From positions 399,687 to 463,686 of the forward strand of contig JAQBRE010000002.1 of assembly GCA_028286605.1 (NCBI GenBank): DNA of 64,000 nucleotides. Reading direction: 5' to 3'. The notes beneath the pieces were generated by a model. The model was not told the DNA's origin. It did no database searches and was given only the letters and a program-made list of their open reading frames with translations. Below are positions 1 through 9,710 of this stretch, one piece after another; positions within the stretch are counted from its first letter, which is position 1, and each line of letters starts with the position of its first letter. Both the position numbers and the translations under genes were made by a program. The DNA comes from Parcubacteria group bacterium. GTDB taxonomy: Bacteria; Patescibacteriota; Minisyncoccia; Phycocordibacterales; Phycocordibacteraceae.

Positions 1-1297
1 TAAGCTTCAGGCTGCCAGATTCCCAGCGTGCGCCAAGCACGACCTTTCCGCCTGATGCGTTGAACACTTTCAATACCTTTGCCTGACCCATGATCTCCTC
101 GCTGGAATAGCGTGGTGCGCGTTCCTTTACGAGTTCTTCGATACGTTCCTTCAGTTCGTAAATGATCTTGAATGACTCTATAAGGATGCCGGCACGCTCT
201 GCAAGCTCGCGTGCAGAGGTGTCCGTACTAACCGTGAAGCCGATGACGATAGCGCTGCTCGCCTGCGCATTCTTCACATCGCGTTCGTTCACGGCACCGA
301 CGCCTTCCTGAATGATGCGAATAGCGACGCGTTCATGTGCGATCTTATTGAGCTCGTGCTTGATAGCTTCGAGGCTGCCCGTAACATCTGCCTTAAGAAT
401 GATAGGAAGGACCATCTTTCCGTCTTCGGTCTCGAGCTTCGTTGCAGGAATGTTCGCAATAATCTCTTTCTGCGTAGCGAGCTTCTCTGCCTCTTTTCGG
501 CTTGAAGCAGCTGCAAATGGCGTGCCTGCGGGTGGCAGGGAGCTCCAGCCTGCAATAAGTACGGGCTGTGAAGGAATGGCCTGCTTGATGCGGTCGCCTT
601 TGAAATCCTCGATGAAACGGACAGGGGCGACAGCTTCGCCAGCAACGACGAATGAGCCAACGGCAAGAGTGCCGTCCTTAACGATGAGCGTAGCGGTCAT
701 GCCCTGGCGTGGGTCCTGAGATGATTCAAGCACGAAGCCTGATGCTTCTTTAGTGGTGTCTGCGGTGAGCTCTGCGAAGTCTGCTGTAAGAAGAACGAGG
801 TCAAGGAGTTCAGGAACACCTTCGCCGGTCTTCGAGGAAACGCCCGTGTATGAAATAGTACCGCCAAGACCTTCAAGGTAGATGCCGTGCTCGATGGTGG
901 ACATCTTGGCTTTCTCGATATCTGCACCGTTCTTGTCGATCTTCGTGAATGCCACGACGAAGGGCGTCTCAGCTTCCATGATCGCGTTGTACGCCTCGAT
1001 GGTCTGCGGCTTCACACCTTCCTCTGCAGCGATAACAAGAATGGCGACGTCTGCAGCGGTTGCTCCGCGTGCGCGAAGAACGCGGAAGGCTTCATGGCCG
1101 GGAGTATCCAGAAAGGTGATGGTGCGCGGCGTACCCTCATGCTCATGCACGACTTCATAGGCCGAGACATGCTGGGTGATACCGCCGGCTTCGCCGGCTG
1201 CGACGTTGGACTTTCGGATATAGTCGAGCAGCGACGATTTGCCATGGTCGATGTGACCCATGACCGCGACTACCGGCGGGCGAGGAGTTGATGCCAT
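1..1297 (-). CDS. infB: Translation initiation factor IF-2 (partial; C-terminal end lies beyond the window start). The N-terminus begins directly with the GTPase domain.
   Basis: Reverse-strand translation begins MASTPRPPVVAVMGHIDHGKSSLLDYIRKS...TPGHEAF...TKIDK (G1-G4 GTPase motifs) and continues through IF-2 domains to position 1. The start codon is the complement of 1295-1297. Confidence 0.85.
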   Translation of the reverse strand, partial: MASTPRPPVVAVMGHIDHGKSSLLDYIRKSNVAAGEAGGITQHVSAYEVVHEHEGTPRTITFLDTPGHEAFRVLRARGATAADVAILVIAAEEGVKPQTIEAYNAIMEAETPFVVAFTKIDKNGADIEKAKMSTIEHGIYLEGLGGTISYTGVSSKTGEGVPELLDLVLLTADFAELTADTTKEASGFVLESSQDPRQGMTATLIVKDGTLAVGSFVVAGEAVAPVRFIEDFKGDRIKQAIPSQPVLIAGWSSLPPAGTPFAAASSRKEAEKLATQKEIIANIPATKLETEDGKMVLPIILKADVTGSLEAIKHELNKIAHERVAIRIIQEGVGAVNERDVKNAQASSAIVIGFTVSTDTSARELAERAGILIESFKIIYELKERIEELVKERAPRYSSEEIMGQAKVLKVFNASGGKVVLGARWESGSLKL

Positions 1298-1390
1298 ATT
1301 GTATGTATTATTCCATAAAATAGGCCGTTTTGCAATGTGAACGGCCGCCCGATGGGAATCGGGCGGCCTGATGTTCGTCGAAGGTGCTGT

Positions 1391-1687
1391 TTAGAGGTAT
1401 CCGCGTCTGCTCGTTCCGCCCCAGAATTTCCGGAAGGAAAGATCGGTGACGATACCGAAGAACAGATAGACGCCGAAAGCGATGCCGTAGACGAATAGAT
1501 GCGACAGCGAAGAGAAGACGCTCTCCAGTACTGCTACGGTAAGCACTGGCAGCATGACACCACAGATGATCGTAAACCAGAGGTCATCACGGGCATCAGT
1601 CCTGCTGTCGAAGCTTTCTAAGAAAGCCACGATTGGAAAGACGAGCAACCTGAACATGTAGCCGATAACAGCTATGAATTTTTTCAC
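1391..1687 (-). CDS. Small integral membrane protein (3 predicted TM helices). The start is uncertain (GTG at 1687 or ATG at 1657).
   Basis: Hydrophobic ORF ...FIAVIGYMFRLLVFPIVAFLESF...VMLPVLTVAVLESVF...VYGIAFGVYLFFGIV. The longer M1 start would overlap the divergent cysteine desulfurase gene. Tandem hairpins at 1318-1366 act as its terminator. Confidence 0.45.
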   Translation of the reverse strand: MKKFIAVIGYMFRLLVFPIVAFLESFDSRTDARDDLWFTIICGVMLPVLTVAVLESVFSSLSHLFVYGIAFGVYLFFGIVTDLSFRKFWGGTSRRGYL

Positions 1688-1767
1688 CGATGCCTCCCTG
1701 AGTTGTTTCTGGTGTAACGCTAGCACTCGCCATTGCGTGTGTCTACTGGGTAGCCTAGGCTGTAGGT

Positions 1768-2922
1768 ATGAAGCGGACCTATCTGGATTGGGCATCGGCG
1801 GCACCGGTTTCGAAGACGGCGCAGAAGGCATTCGAGCGTGCAATGAGGGCCGACGGTAATCCGTCGGCCCCGCATGCGGAAGGCCGTGCTGCGAAGGATA
1901 TTCTTGAAGCAGCGCGCACGGCCATCGCCCGTATGGCAGAAGTGAAGGTTGACGACGTGATTTTCACCTCAGGCGCAACCGAAGCGAATAATCTCGCCAT
2001 CTTTGGATTCATACAGGCAACGCGCGCAGTTGATCCTTCTCGCATGCTCCATATCCTGTATCTTCCGATGGCGCATGCGTCCGTAATCGAAACAGTTGAG
2101 ATGGTGGGCGGCTACGGCGTAGAGATTGAAGCGATCAGGCTTGTTGATGGCGCAATAGATTTGCAGGCGCTCAAGAAGCAGATTCGTCCTGACACCGTAT
2201 TGGTTGCGGTCGATGCGATCTGTGGCGAAACGGGAACGCGCTTCGCGACACGTGATGTACGTCGCGTGTTGGATGAGGTACGAAAAGGTATCGTGCTGCA
2301 TGTTGATGCGAGCCAGCTGCCGCTCGTTGAATCGTTCGAGCTAACGCGCCTTGGTGCAGACTTGCTTACTCTTGATGCGCAGAAAGTCGGGGGCGTGCGA
2401 GGAATCGGCGCGTTGGTACGACGTCATGGCGTACCGCTTGCGCCGATCATGCGCGGCGGCGGGCAGGAACAGGGAATGCGACCAGGAACGGAACTGCCTG
2501 CGCATGCGGCGGCATTCGCCGCCGCCCTGGAAGAAGCGAAGAAGAACCGAGACGCATTCGTGCAGCGTGCGGGCGAAGCCCGCACGCAACTGATCAAGAC
2601 AATCAGTGCTGCAATTCCCGATGTCGAAATAAATGCAGGCAAGCAGCATGCGCCGCACATCCTTAATCTCTCCTTTCCAGGCCGTGACACGGATTACGCA
2701 GTCGCTCTCCTCGACAAAGAGGGTTTCGCCGTCTCAACGAAAAGCGCTTGCGAAACAGATGCAGAGGGTTCGCGCGTCGTGCTCGCGCTGACGAATGATG
2801 AAGCTCGCGCAGCGAGCACTCTGCGCATATCATGGGGACCCTCAACATATGAAAAAGATATGAAGAGCTTTGCCTCTGTACTCGTGCGCACTATTCGATT
2901 TCTTGATGCGCATCGTCTATAA
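1768..2922 (+). CDS. Cysteine desulfurase / class V aminotransferase (NifS/IscS family)
   Basis: 384 aa. Motifs: YLDWASAAP, FTSGATEANNLAI, HVDASQ, GADLLTLDAQKVGG (PLP-Lys region) and STKSACETD (active-site Cys loop). Confidence 0.8.
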   Translation: MKRTYLDWASAAPVSKTAQKAFERAMRADGNPSAPHAEGRAAKDILEAARTAIARMAEVKVDDVIFTSGATEANNLAIFGFIQATRAVDPSRMLHILYLPMAHASVIETVEMVGGYGVEIEAIRLVDGAIDLQALKKQIRPDTVLVAVDAICGETGTRFATRDVRRVLDEVRKGIVLHVDASQLPLVESFELTRLGADLLTLDAQKVGGVRGIGALVRRHGVPLAPIMRGGGQEQGMRPGTELPAHAAAFAAALEEAKKNRDAFVQRAGEARTQLIKTISAAIPDVEINAGKQHAPHILNLSFPGRDTDYAVALLDKEGFAVSTKSACETDAEGSRVVLALTNDEARAASTLRISWGPSTYEKDMKSFASVLVRTIRFLDAHRL

Positions 2923-2931
2923 TCAGTACAT

Positions 2932-3684
2932 ATGAATATCGAGGATCTAACGAAGACTCAGTTGCTCCTCCTCACCATCCTGGTGAACTTTATCGTGTCA
3001 ATCGCCACGGGTGTGCTCGTGATATCCATGCTCGATCAATCGCCTGCGCCTATTACGCAGACCGTGCAGCAGATTGTCGACCACACGATTGAAACGATCT
3101 CTACGCCTATCGCGAGCCCTATCACGGTGAAGCCGTTACCAACAGCTGCAAGCCCGGAGCAGCAACTCACGAGTGCAATCGCTGCAGACAATTCGCGCAC
3201 AGTGCTTATCTACAGGCAAAACGCGACGACATCGCCTGCTCTTGCCTTTGGCGTCTATCTTCCGAAGTCACGCGCCGTTGCAACGACATTCAGTCTTCAG
3301 CTGCCGAAGGAAGTAACTATCATGTTCCCAAATGGCAGCACCGCTGATGCTTCACTTTCAAAGAATGGCGACACGATCGCTATCTATGGATTCTCGGATG
3401 CAGCAACGCTTCCCGCTGCGCCTGCCGCAAGTCCGGTTGCCATCGGCGACCTTATGCAGGGTGAGACAGTAATCGGGCTCACGAAAGATAAAGCCGCCTT
3501 AACCGGCATAATAAGTAAGGTCGATAAAACCGGAATCGTAACGAGCCTTTCCGGCGTGCCAGCGGGCGCGGGTATGGTCGACCTTGCGGGAAATGTAGTT
3601 GGTGTTTCGGCAGGCGATGGAAGGCTCTATTCGACTGATTCCATCATGAGCCTGCTTGAAACGCCGGCCGCTCCCGCACCGTAG
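2932..3684 (+). CDS. Membrane-anchored hypothetical protein. Its C-terminal region weakly resembles a degenerate trypsin-like fold.
   Basis: N-terminal TM helix (LLLLTILVNFIVSIATGVLVI). The C-terminal GETVIGL...GAGMVDLAGNVVGVSAG resembles the S1-protease GxSGGPxxNxxGxVIGInt block but has no GDSGG and no obvious His/Asp/Ser triad. Confidence 0.5.
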   Translation: MNIEDLTKTQLLLLTILVNFIVSIATGVLVISMLDQSPAPITQTVQQIVDHTIETISTPIASPITVKPLPTAASPEQQLTSAIAADNSRTVLIYRQNATTSPALAFGVYLPKSRAVATTFSLQLPKEVTIMFPNGSTADASLSKNGDTIAIYGFSDAATLPAAPAASPVAIGDLMQGETVIGLTKDKAALTGIISKVDKTGIVTSLSGVPAGAGMVDLAGNVVGVSAGDGRLYSTDSIMSLLETPAAPAP

Positions 3685-3728
3685 TATCTATATTGGGCAT
3701 TTAGTAGCCGTTTAGCTATCATATATAT

Positions 3729-6434
3729 ATGCCCCCTTTCAAAAACTTCACCACAAAAGCAAAAGAAGCTATAAAGCGAGCCCACGAGCTCGCTATTGAG
3801 CGTGGGCAGAATCACGTCAGTCCGCTTCACCTTTTAACAGCACTTATCCATCAGGAAGAAAGTCTGGTCTTTTCAGTGCTCGACCGCATGGATATCGATA
3901 CGATGGAACTTTCCGATACGCTGCTCGAATCCCTTGAATCTCCGGACCCCACCTCAGTCCTTTCTCCTTCATTCAACCTGTATCTCACGCCGGAACTCGC
4001 ACAGGCGCTTGAATCGGCAGGGAAGGTCGCTGCACGCATGAATGACTCCTATATAGGAACGGAGCATCTGTTCCTTGCAGTTATTGAGAATCCAGGACCA
4101 GCGGATGATATCCTCACGCGTTTCAAGATAGATGAAGAGACCGTCGAAGCAGTTCTTAAGGAACTCAAGACTTCGAAGGACGGACAGGTTGCCGAACCGA
4201 AGCGGTTCCGCGCGCTTTCCAAATACACGCGCAATCTTACGAAGCTCGCGGCAGACAATGCGCTTGATCCGGTTATCGGCCGTGATCAGGAAATAAATCG
4301 CGTGATTCAGATACTCTCGCGCCGCACGAAGAACAATCCGGTGCTTATCGGCGAAGCAGGCGTGGGTAAGACAGCGATCGCAGAAGGTCTCGCGCTGCGC
4401 CTTTCAACCGGCGAAGTTCCAGAATCCCTGAAGGGCAAGGAACTCCTTTCGCTTGACCTCGGCATGATGATCGCCGGCACGAAGTACCGTGGCGAATTCG
4501 AAGAGCGTATGAAGGCTGTGATGAAGGAAGTAGAGAAGTCCGATGGCAAGGTCATCGTCTTCGTTGATGAGCTGCACACGCTCGTAGGCGCCGGCGCCGC
4601 GGAAGGATCCCTTGATGCGACGAACATGCTTAAGCCGGCGCTCGCACGCGGCGAGATTCGCATGATCGGCGCGACCACGCTTAAGGAATATCAGCAGCAT
4701 ATCGAAAAGGATGCTGCGCTTACGCGCCGCTTCCAGCCGGTATACGTGAATGAACCGAATGAAGAAGACGCTATCGCGATTCTTCGCGGCCTACGCGACA
4801 AGTACGAGCTCTTCCATGGCGTCCGCATCACGGACGGCGCTATCGTTTCCGCTGTGGAGCTTTCTAGTCGTTACATTTCAGACCGTTTCCTTCCAGACAA
4901 AGCTATCGACCTTGTGGACGAAGCCGCTTCCGGCCTTCGCATCGCGCTTGAAAATAAGCCACCGCAGCTTGAAGAGACAGACCGAAAGATCCGCCGCCTT
5001 GAAATCGAACGACAGGCTCTTAAGAAGGATGATGAAACGCTTTCCGAACAGGCTCCGGCGAACACGAAGGAGATTCGCGAGCGCGTGAAGGCTATCGATG
5101 CGGAAATCGCAGATTTCCGCGAGAAGACGGCCGAGCTCGAGCTTAAGTGGAAGAACGAAAAAGAAGTCCTGCAGGACATCCGCGCACTCAAGGCAGAACT
5201 CGATCGCCTGCGTGTCGCTGCTGATAACGCCGAAGCCACTGCAGATCTGGGCACTGCCGCAGAAATCCGCTACGGCCGTATGCCGCACTTGCAGAAGGAA
5301 CTCGAAACAAAGACGAAGCGCCTCAAGACGCTTCAGAAGTCGCGTCGCATCCTGCATGAGGAAGTTACCGAGCATGAAATTGCCGGTGTCGTCTCACGCT
5401 GGACCGGTATCCCGGTTGCAAAGATGATCGAGGAAGAAGCAGCGAAGCTCGCGCGCATGGAACTCGACCTTACGACAGCGGTCATAGGACAGAACGCCGC
5501 GATCAAGATCGTTACGGACGCAGTGAAGCGCTCGCGCGTGGGTATCGCGGACCCGAATCGTCCGATCGGTTCGTTCATGTTCCTTGGCCCGACCGGCGTC
5601 GGAAAGACGGAACTCTCGAAGCGTCTCGCTGAATTCATGTTCAATGATAAGGATGCGCTGGTTCGCGTCGACATGTCTGAATTCATGGAACGCCACTCGG
5701 TCGCTAAGCTCATCGGTGCGCCGCCAGGATATGTGGGCTACGACGAAGCAGGTTCGCTCACCGAACGCATCCGTCATCGCCCGTATTCAGTCGTCCTCTT
5801 CGATGAAATCGAGAAAGCGCATCCTGAAGTATTCAACATCCTTCTGCAGGTTCTCGATTCCGGCCATCTTACCGACGGGAAGGGTCGCAAGGTGAACTTC
5901 AAGAACACCATCATCATCCTTACGTCGAACATCGGCGCGGAATACATGGACCGCATGGCGAACATCGGATTCGGCAGCGCAGAGCACGGCGAAGCCACCG
6001 CGTACGAACAGATGAAGGAGAAGGTCATGGGCTCGCTCAAGGAACAGTTCCGTCCTGAATTCCTGAACCGTCTTGATGACATCATTATCTTCGATCCGCT
6101 TTCCAAGGAAGCGCTCACGGAAATCGTGGAGAGCCAGGTCGTCGAAGTGGTCTCCCGCCTGAACGGCAAGCGCATCACGCTCGCCATTACTCCCGAGGTA
6201 CGTGCATGGCTGGCGGAAAAGGGATACAACCCGCAATACGGCGCTCGTCCGCTTAAGCGCACGATTCAGGACAAGATCCTTACGCCGATCGCGTCGCTTA
6301 TGGTGGGGCAGGGAATCATGGAAGGCGGCACCGTAACGGTATCGCTCAAGAATGGCGAACTGCACTTCGATGTTAAGAAAGGTTTGACGAAGACTCGTCG
6401 TACCAAGGCGCAGGCGGCCGCAACGGCCGCCTAG
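3729..6434 (+). CDS. clpB: ATP-dependent chaperone ClpB
   Basis: 901 aa. Clp_N repeats, two AAA+ modules ([15 protein letters not shown]; [15 protein letters not shown]), a long coiled-coil M-domain between NBD1 and NBD2, and the C-terminal ClpB_D2-small domain. Confidence 0.93.
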   Translation: MPPFKNFTTKAKEAIKRAHELAIERGQNHVSPLHLLTALIHQEESLVFSVLDRMDIDTMELSDTLLESLESPDPTSVLSPSFNLYLTPELAQALESAGKVAARMNDSYIGTEHLFLAVIENPGPADDILTRFKIDEETVEAVLKELKTSKDGQVAEPKRFRALSKYTRNLTKLAADNALDPVIGRDQEINRVIQILSRRTKNNPVLIGEAGVGKTAIAEGLALRLSTGEVPESLKGKELLSLDLGMMIAGTKYRGEFEERMKAVMKEVEKSDGKVIVFVDELHTLVGAGAAEGSLDATNMLKPALARGEIRMIGATTLKEYQQHIEKDAALTRRFQPVYVNEPNEEDAIAILRGLRDKYELFHGVRITDGAIVSAVELSSRYISDRFLPDKAIDLVDEAASGLRIALENKPPQLEETDRKIRRLEIERQALKKDDETLSEQAPANTKEIRERVKAIDAEIADFREKTAELELKWKNEKEVLQDIRALKAELDRLRVAADNAEATADLGTAAEIRYGRMPHLQKELETKTKRLKTLQKSRRILHEEVTEHEIAGVVSRWTGIPVAKMIEEEAAKLARMELDLTTAVIGQNAAIKIVTDAVKRSRVGIADPNRPIGSFMFLGPTGVGKTELSKRLAEFMFNDKDALVRVDMSEFMERHSVAKLIGAPPGYVGYDEAGSLTERIRHRPYSVVLFDEIEKAHPEVFNILLQVLDSGHLTDGKGRKVNFKNTIIILTSNIGAEYMDRMANIGFGSAEHGEATAYEQMKEKVMGSLKEQFRPEFLNRLDDIIIFDPLSKEALTEIVESQVVEVVSRLNGKRITLAITPEVRAWLAEKGYNPQYGARPLKRTIQDKILTPIASLMVGQGIMEGGTVTVSLKNGELHFDVKKGLTKTRRTKAQAAATAA

Positions 6435-6470
6435 TTGCCCCAGCCCATTCCATCTGGTACAGTATTTCCA

Positions 6471-6623
6471 ATGTCACAGGTAAATCTAATCAAGGTAAAG
6501 AGCGCTTCCGGGCACGTCCTCTTCACCCGCAAGAACAAGAAGAAGGTGGAGCGCAAGCTCGAACTCAAGAAGTTCGACAAGACCACCCGAAAGCGTGAAA
6601 TCTTCAAGGAAGTTAAGAAATAG
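6471..6623 (+). CDS. rpmG: 50S ribosomal protein L33
   Basis: MSQVNLIKVKSASGHVLFTRKNKKKVERKLELKKFDKTTRKREIFKEVKK matches the L33 signature (Y/FTTxKNKRxxPxKLELKKYDPxxRKHVxFKE). An upstream in-frame ATG at 6435 is also possible. Confidence 0.8.
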   Translation: MSQVNLIKVKSASGHVLFTRKNKKKVERKLELKKFDKTTRKREIFKEVKK

Positions 6624-6625
6624 AA

Positions 6626-6670
6626 CATGAGCAAGAAAAACCGCCTACCCAGGCGGTTTTTCTTGCTCAT
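6626..6670 (+). terminator. Rho-independent terminator after rpmG
   Basis: Perfect 20-bp stem atgagcaagaaaaaccgcct / aggcggtttttcttgctcat with a 4-nt loop and an internal U-run. Confidence 0.75.
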
Positions 6671-6764
6671 AGTATTCTCATAAATATATGTTATAGTGCT
6701 CGCGAGACCGGAAAGTCCGGTTCTTGATCTTCTTTCTTCAATCTGGACCAAAGGGGTACTGGGA

Positions 6765-7421
6765 ATGCACTTTAAAAACCATCTTTTGGGCGCCGCAGCC
6801 GCGGTGGCTCTCATGTCGTTCGCCGTTCCGGCGTTCGCCACGGACTACGTCTTCACCGGCACGTCGATGACCAACCCGGACATCGTCAGTGTCGATGGGG
6901 AAGGTGTCTATATGGCGCCGATGGACTTTCAAGGCGTGCAGTCCATCGAGGCTTGGTGTCTCGATGTCACTCACTTCATCAGCCTCGGCGCTCAAAACCC
7001 GGCGCTGGAGTACAACAAGGAGACGCTCACCACGTCCACGATGTTGAACGGCAACCCGTCGTTCGGCGCGCTGCAGATCGGCGAAATCAGCTATCTGATC
7101 AACATTCTCGCTCCGACGCTGGCTCCTGGTCACGCGTTGAATGAGGTGCAGGGCGCCATCTGGGACATCACTCTCGGCGGCGTTGGCCACGTCACTTCCG
7201 GCGATTCTGGAATCCAAGCGGGCATCGACCACTTCGCCACGCTCGGTCTGACCTCGGGCCGCACTGTCATCGGTCTCGAATCCACCGGAATCACTCCGAA
7301 CGTGCAGGACTTCGGGATGGCCGGCGGCGTGCCTGAACCGGCGGCCTGGGCTCTGATGCTCCTCGGCTTCGGCGGCCTCGGCGCTGCGCTTCGGCACCAG
7401 CGGCGAGCGGCGTTCGCCTAA
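6765..7421 (+). CDS. Secreted PEP-CTERM-anchored protein (exosortase substrate type)
   Basis: N-terminal signal peptide MHFKNHLLGAAAAVALMSFAVPAFA. The C-terminus GGVPEPAAWALMLLGFGGLGAALRHQRRAAFA* is a VPEP motif, a hydrophobic helix and an Arg cluster. It uses GC-rich third codon positions. Confidence 0.75.
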   Translation: MHFKNHLLGAAAAVALMSFAVPAFATDYVFTGTSMTNPDIVSVDGEGVYMAPMDFQGVQSIEAWCLDVTHFISLGAQNPALEYNKETLTTSTMLNGNPSFGALQIGEISYLINILAPTLAPGHALNEVQGAIWDITLGGVGHVTSGDSGIQAGIDHFATLGLTSGRTVIGLESTGITPNVQDFGMAGGVPEPAAWALMLLGFGGLGAALRHQRRAAFA

Positions 7422-7454
7422 CAACGTTCGCTACGCATCTTCGGATGCACACCA

Positions 7455-7492
7455 AGGGCTCCCTTCGACTTCGGTCGTCGGGAGCCTTTTCT
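7455..7492 (+). terminator. Rho-independent terminator after the PEP-CTERM gene
   Basis: Stem ggctccc...gggagcc with a nested cgac-ttcg-gtcg hairpin, followed by ttttctatttcc. Confidence 0.65.
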
Positions 7493-7572
7493 ATTTCCAT
7501 ACTTTCTTTATTATTCTCTCAAGATTCCTTGACCATCAAATTGCTAGAGTTTATCCGGACAAGGAGGTTCTC

Positions 7573-7650
7573 ATGTGGATGATGATTCTGGGATTCAGCA
7601 TGGTTGGAATCATGCTGCGGTATCTAAAGCATAGGAAGCGAGTTTCTTAA
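7573..7650 (+). CDS. Small hydrophobic peptide (25 aa) with a strong Shine-Dalgarno sequence
   Basis: aaggagg lies 7 nt upstream of the ATG. The product MWMMILGFSMVGIMLRYLKHRKRVS is a single TM helix plus a basic tail. It is followed by the hairpin at 7657-7682. Confidence 0.4.
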   Translation: MWMMILGFSMVGIMLRYLKHRKRVS

Positions 7651-7654
7651 TACG

Positions 7655-7688
7655 AAAAGAGGGTCCGGAACGGACCCTCTTTCTTCAT
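7655..7688. terminator. Bidirectional terminator hairpin between the small peptide ORF and the convergent 7702-8799 gene
   Basis: aagagggtccg-gaa-cggaccctctt is a perfect 11-bp stem. It is flanked by A-rich sequence on the left and T-rich sequence on the right. Confidence 0.7.
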
Positions 7689-7701
7689 ATCTTGCTAACT
7701 G

Positions 7702-8799
7702 TTACAGACTCGAAATCTGAGACTCAATGAGCTGTATTGCGCTCAGGATGCTTAGGAACTCGGTCTGTATCTGACTCTTCACTGATGAGTTCGTCGTGCT
7801 CGTTACAGGCGTTGCTGTGTTCGTGGTGCCTACTAATGCGTTAAGAGCAGCACGAGTCGTTGGGCCAACATTGCCGAGCTGTGCAATTTTATGCGCTGCC
7901 TGGAATTTGATAACTGCGGCCTTTGTGGCATCTCCGAAGTGGCCGTTTGCTGTTGCGGTCAGGTCACCTTGTGCAATAAGAACCTGCTGAAGGGTCATCA
8001 CCTGTGGATCATTAGACCCAAGGGCAAGATCCGTGGTGAAAGTAGGATCTGCTGCGGTCGTCTGCGTGGCAGTCGTTCCGGTGGTACCCGCTGCGGTCTG
8101 CACAGCGATAACGACTGACGAAGTAGCGATTCTGCCCGCCGTATCAGCAGCAGTAATGTTTATAAGATGCGTGCCCGCATCGTTCGTTTGCGGCGTCCAG
8201 GAAAATACACCATTACTGCTAATGTTCGTATTCGTAATGCTGCTTGCTTCTGAACTATCGAATACGGTGTAGTTCGGTGCGTCAGGAAAACCGGATGCAA
8301 CTGCGCTCACCGTAACGGTTTGACCAGCATTCACTTTTGAAGAAGGGGAAACCCCACTCAAAGAAAGGGAAATAGGAGAGGTCGATACAGGATTGCTACC
8401 GCTGCTTGAAATGCTTGTGCCGCTTGGCGTAACGGTAAGGGTGTAGTTGGCGGTAGCAGCATTGCCGGAACTGTCAGAAACGACTATGGCAAGGGGATGC
8501 GTGCCCACATCGTTCTGTACCGGCGTCCATGCGAACTGACCCAAAGAATCCAGATCGTACCCGCCAAGACTCCCATTGTGATATCCATCACTCAATACGT
8601 ATTTTGGACTATTGAATCCAGTCGCCGTAACGGTAAACGTAACTTTCGTACCTACGGGGATTGAATTGCCAGGAGAAATGGAGTTAATGTTGATAGTGCC
8701 GGTATTCGCATATGCGCCCGTTGCCGTACCAAGCAAAAGCAATAGCCCGCCAGCATATCCGGCAATACGCACAGCATTCATTTGAAATGATTTGTTCAT
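7702..8799 (-). CDS. Secreted protein with two tandem Ig-like repeat domains and a C-terminal peptidoglycan-binding (PG_binding_1-like) domain
   Basis: Signal peptide MNKSFQMNAVRIAGYAGGLLLLLGTATGAYA. The internal ~100-aa repeat (TGFNSPKYVLSDG...AWTPVQNDVGTHPLAIVVSDSSGNAATANYTLTV and SGFPDAPNYTVFDSS...FSWTPQTNDAGTHLINITAADTAGRIATSSVVIAV) occurs twice. The C-terminus LALGSNDPQVMTLQQVLIAQGDL...GHFGDATKAAVIKFQAAHKI...GPTTRAAL matches the PG-binding helical repeat. A canonical RBS ggagga is present. Confidence 0.75.
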   Translation of the reverse strand: MNKSFQMNAVRIAGYAGGLLLLLGTATGAYANTGTININSISPGNSIPVGTKVTFTVTATGFNSPKYVLSDGYHNGSLGGYDLDSLGQFAWTPVQNDVGTHPLAIVVSDSSGNAATANYTLTVTPSGTSISSSGSNPVSTSPISLSLSGVSPSSKVNAGQTVTVSAVASGFPDAPNYTVFDSSEASSITNTNISSNGVFSWTPQTNDAGTHLINITAADTAGRIATSSVVIAVQTAAGTTGTTATQTTAADPTFTTDLALGSNDPQVMTLQQVLIAQGDLTATANGHFGDATKAAVIKFQAAHKIAQLGNVGPTTRAALNALVGTTNTATPVTSTTNSSVKSQIQTEFLSILSAIQLIESQISSL

Positions 8800-9068
8800 A
8801 GAAAATTATTTAGCCTTTCCTCCATTATATCCTACGCAGAAAACGAAGTACGCGTTGCGTATATATTACTAAGTTGATTCAAATATTTTGAATCCGTGGT
8901 GGCGGGCTCTGACGGAAGATTTTAGAACTATTGATTGGGCGAGGGAGTATCCGTTTCCTACGAGTGCACTACGTGAACTACAAAGTATTTTTGTATAAAA
9001 GAAAACCGCCCACAAGTGTGACCCAATGGGTCAGCTTTCCTAGTGGGCAGTCTCGATCTTGTATAAGG

Positions 9069-9542
9069 TCATTCATTCAATATTTGTCGAAGCTTGTTGC
9101 GAGCTTTTGCTATGCGACGATGCACCTCAGAGAGTCCTATGTTCTCCTCAGAAGCAATCTCTGATGGAGATTTACCTTCGACAGCCTTACGAAGTGTTCG
9201 GGCCCAAGCTTGAGGTAACATCTCAATAGCAAACAGTACCTGGTTGAGCTCAGCAGCGAGGGCTTGGTTTGCTTCGATGTGCTTACCAGGGTCTTGTATT
9301 TTGTGCGAGAGAGATATGCGTATGCTCCTTTTCCGTAGCATGTCGTAAAATCGATGACGCATACTGATTCGCAGTGAGGCTCCCATACTTTCCTCTGAGG
9401 CAAAGTCTGCTCGATATTTAAGCGCCTCACACATTACTTCGTGCAGAAGATCCTCAGCATCGTGATGATTACGCGTTACGCCCCAGGCGTATCTGAAGAG
9501 TGGGCCATAATGACCCATGAGTTTTTGCTCAAACGGGTCCAT
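9069..9542 (-). CDS. ECF-type RNA polymerase sigma factor (sigma-70 family, regions 2 and 4)
   Basis: DAEDLLHEVMCEALKY (region 2.x) and SPSEIASEENIGLSEVHRRIAKARNKLRQ (region 4.2 HTH). 157 aa. Confidence 0.75.
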   Translation of the reverse strand: MDPFEQKLMGHYGPLFRYAWGVTRNHHDAEDLLHEVMCEALKYRADFASEESMGASLRISMRHRFYDMLRKRSIRISLSHKIQDPGKHIEANQALAAELNQVLFAIEMLPQAWARTLRKAVEGKSPSEIASEENIGLSEVHRRIAKARNKLRQILNE

Positions 9543-9710
9543 TTGTTACCTTTCAGGCGTTGCTTGGTTCTGAAATAAGTATGCCAAATAAATAAATTGT
9601 GTCAAATAGGCGGGCTTACGGAGTCTGGAATGGAACTCTATTGAAGAGACAATATTGAAATGGAAGAAGCATTCTGAACAACATTGAAACGAAAATGATA
9701 TAATTAGAAA

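Noticed and set aside
289-1291. Several plus- and minus-strand ORFs (for example 312-719 and 887-1291) across the first 1.3 kb
   Set aside because: They are frames antisense or out of frame to the infB coding sequence, whose product shows clear IF-2 GTPase motifs.
3851-6365. Multiple 60-190-aa minus-strand ORFs inside clpB, and similar ones inside topA, uvrA, uvrB, rel and the ATPase
   Set aside because: These are antisense ORFs within strongly supported long genes, with no independent signals.
8931-9164. 77-aa plus-strand ORF
   Set aside because: It overlaps the ECF sigma gene on the opposite strand and has no RBS.
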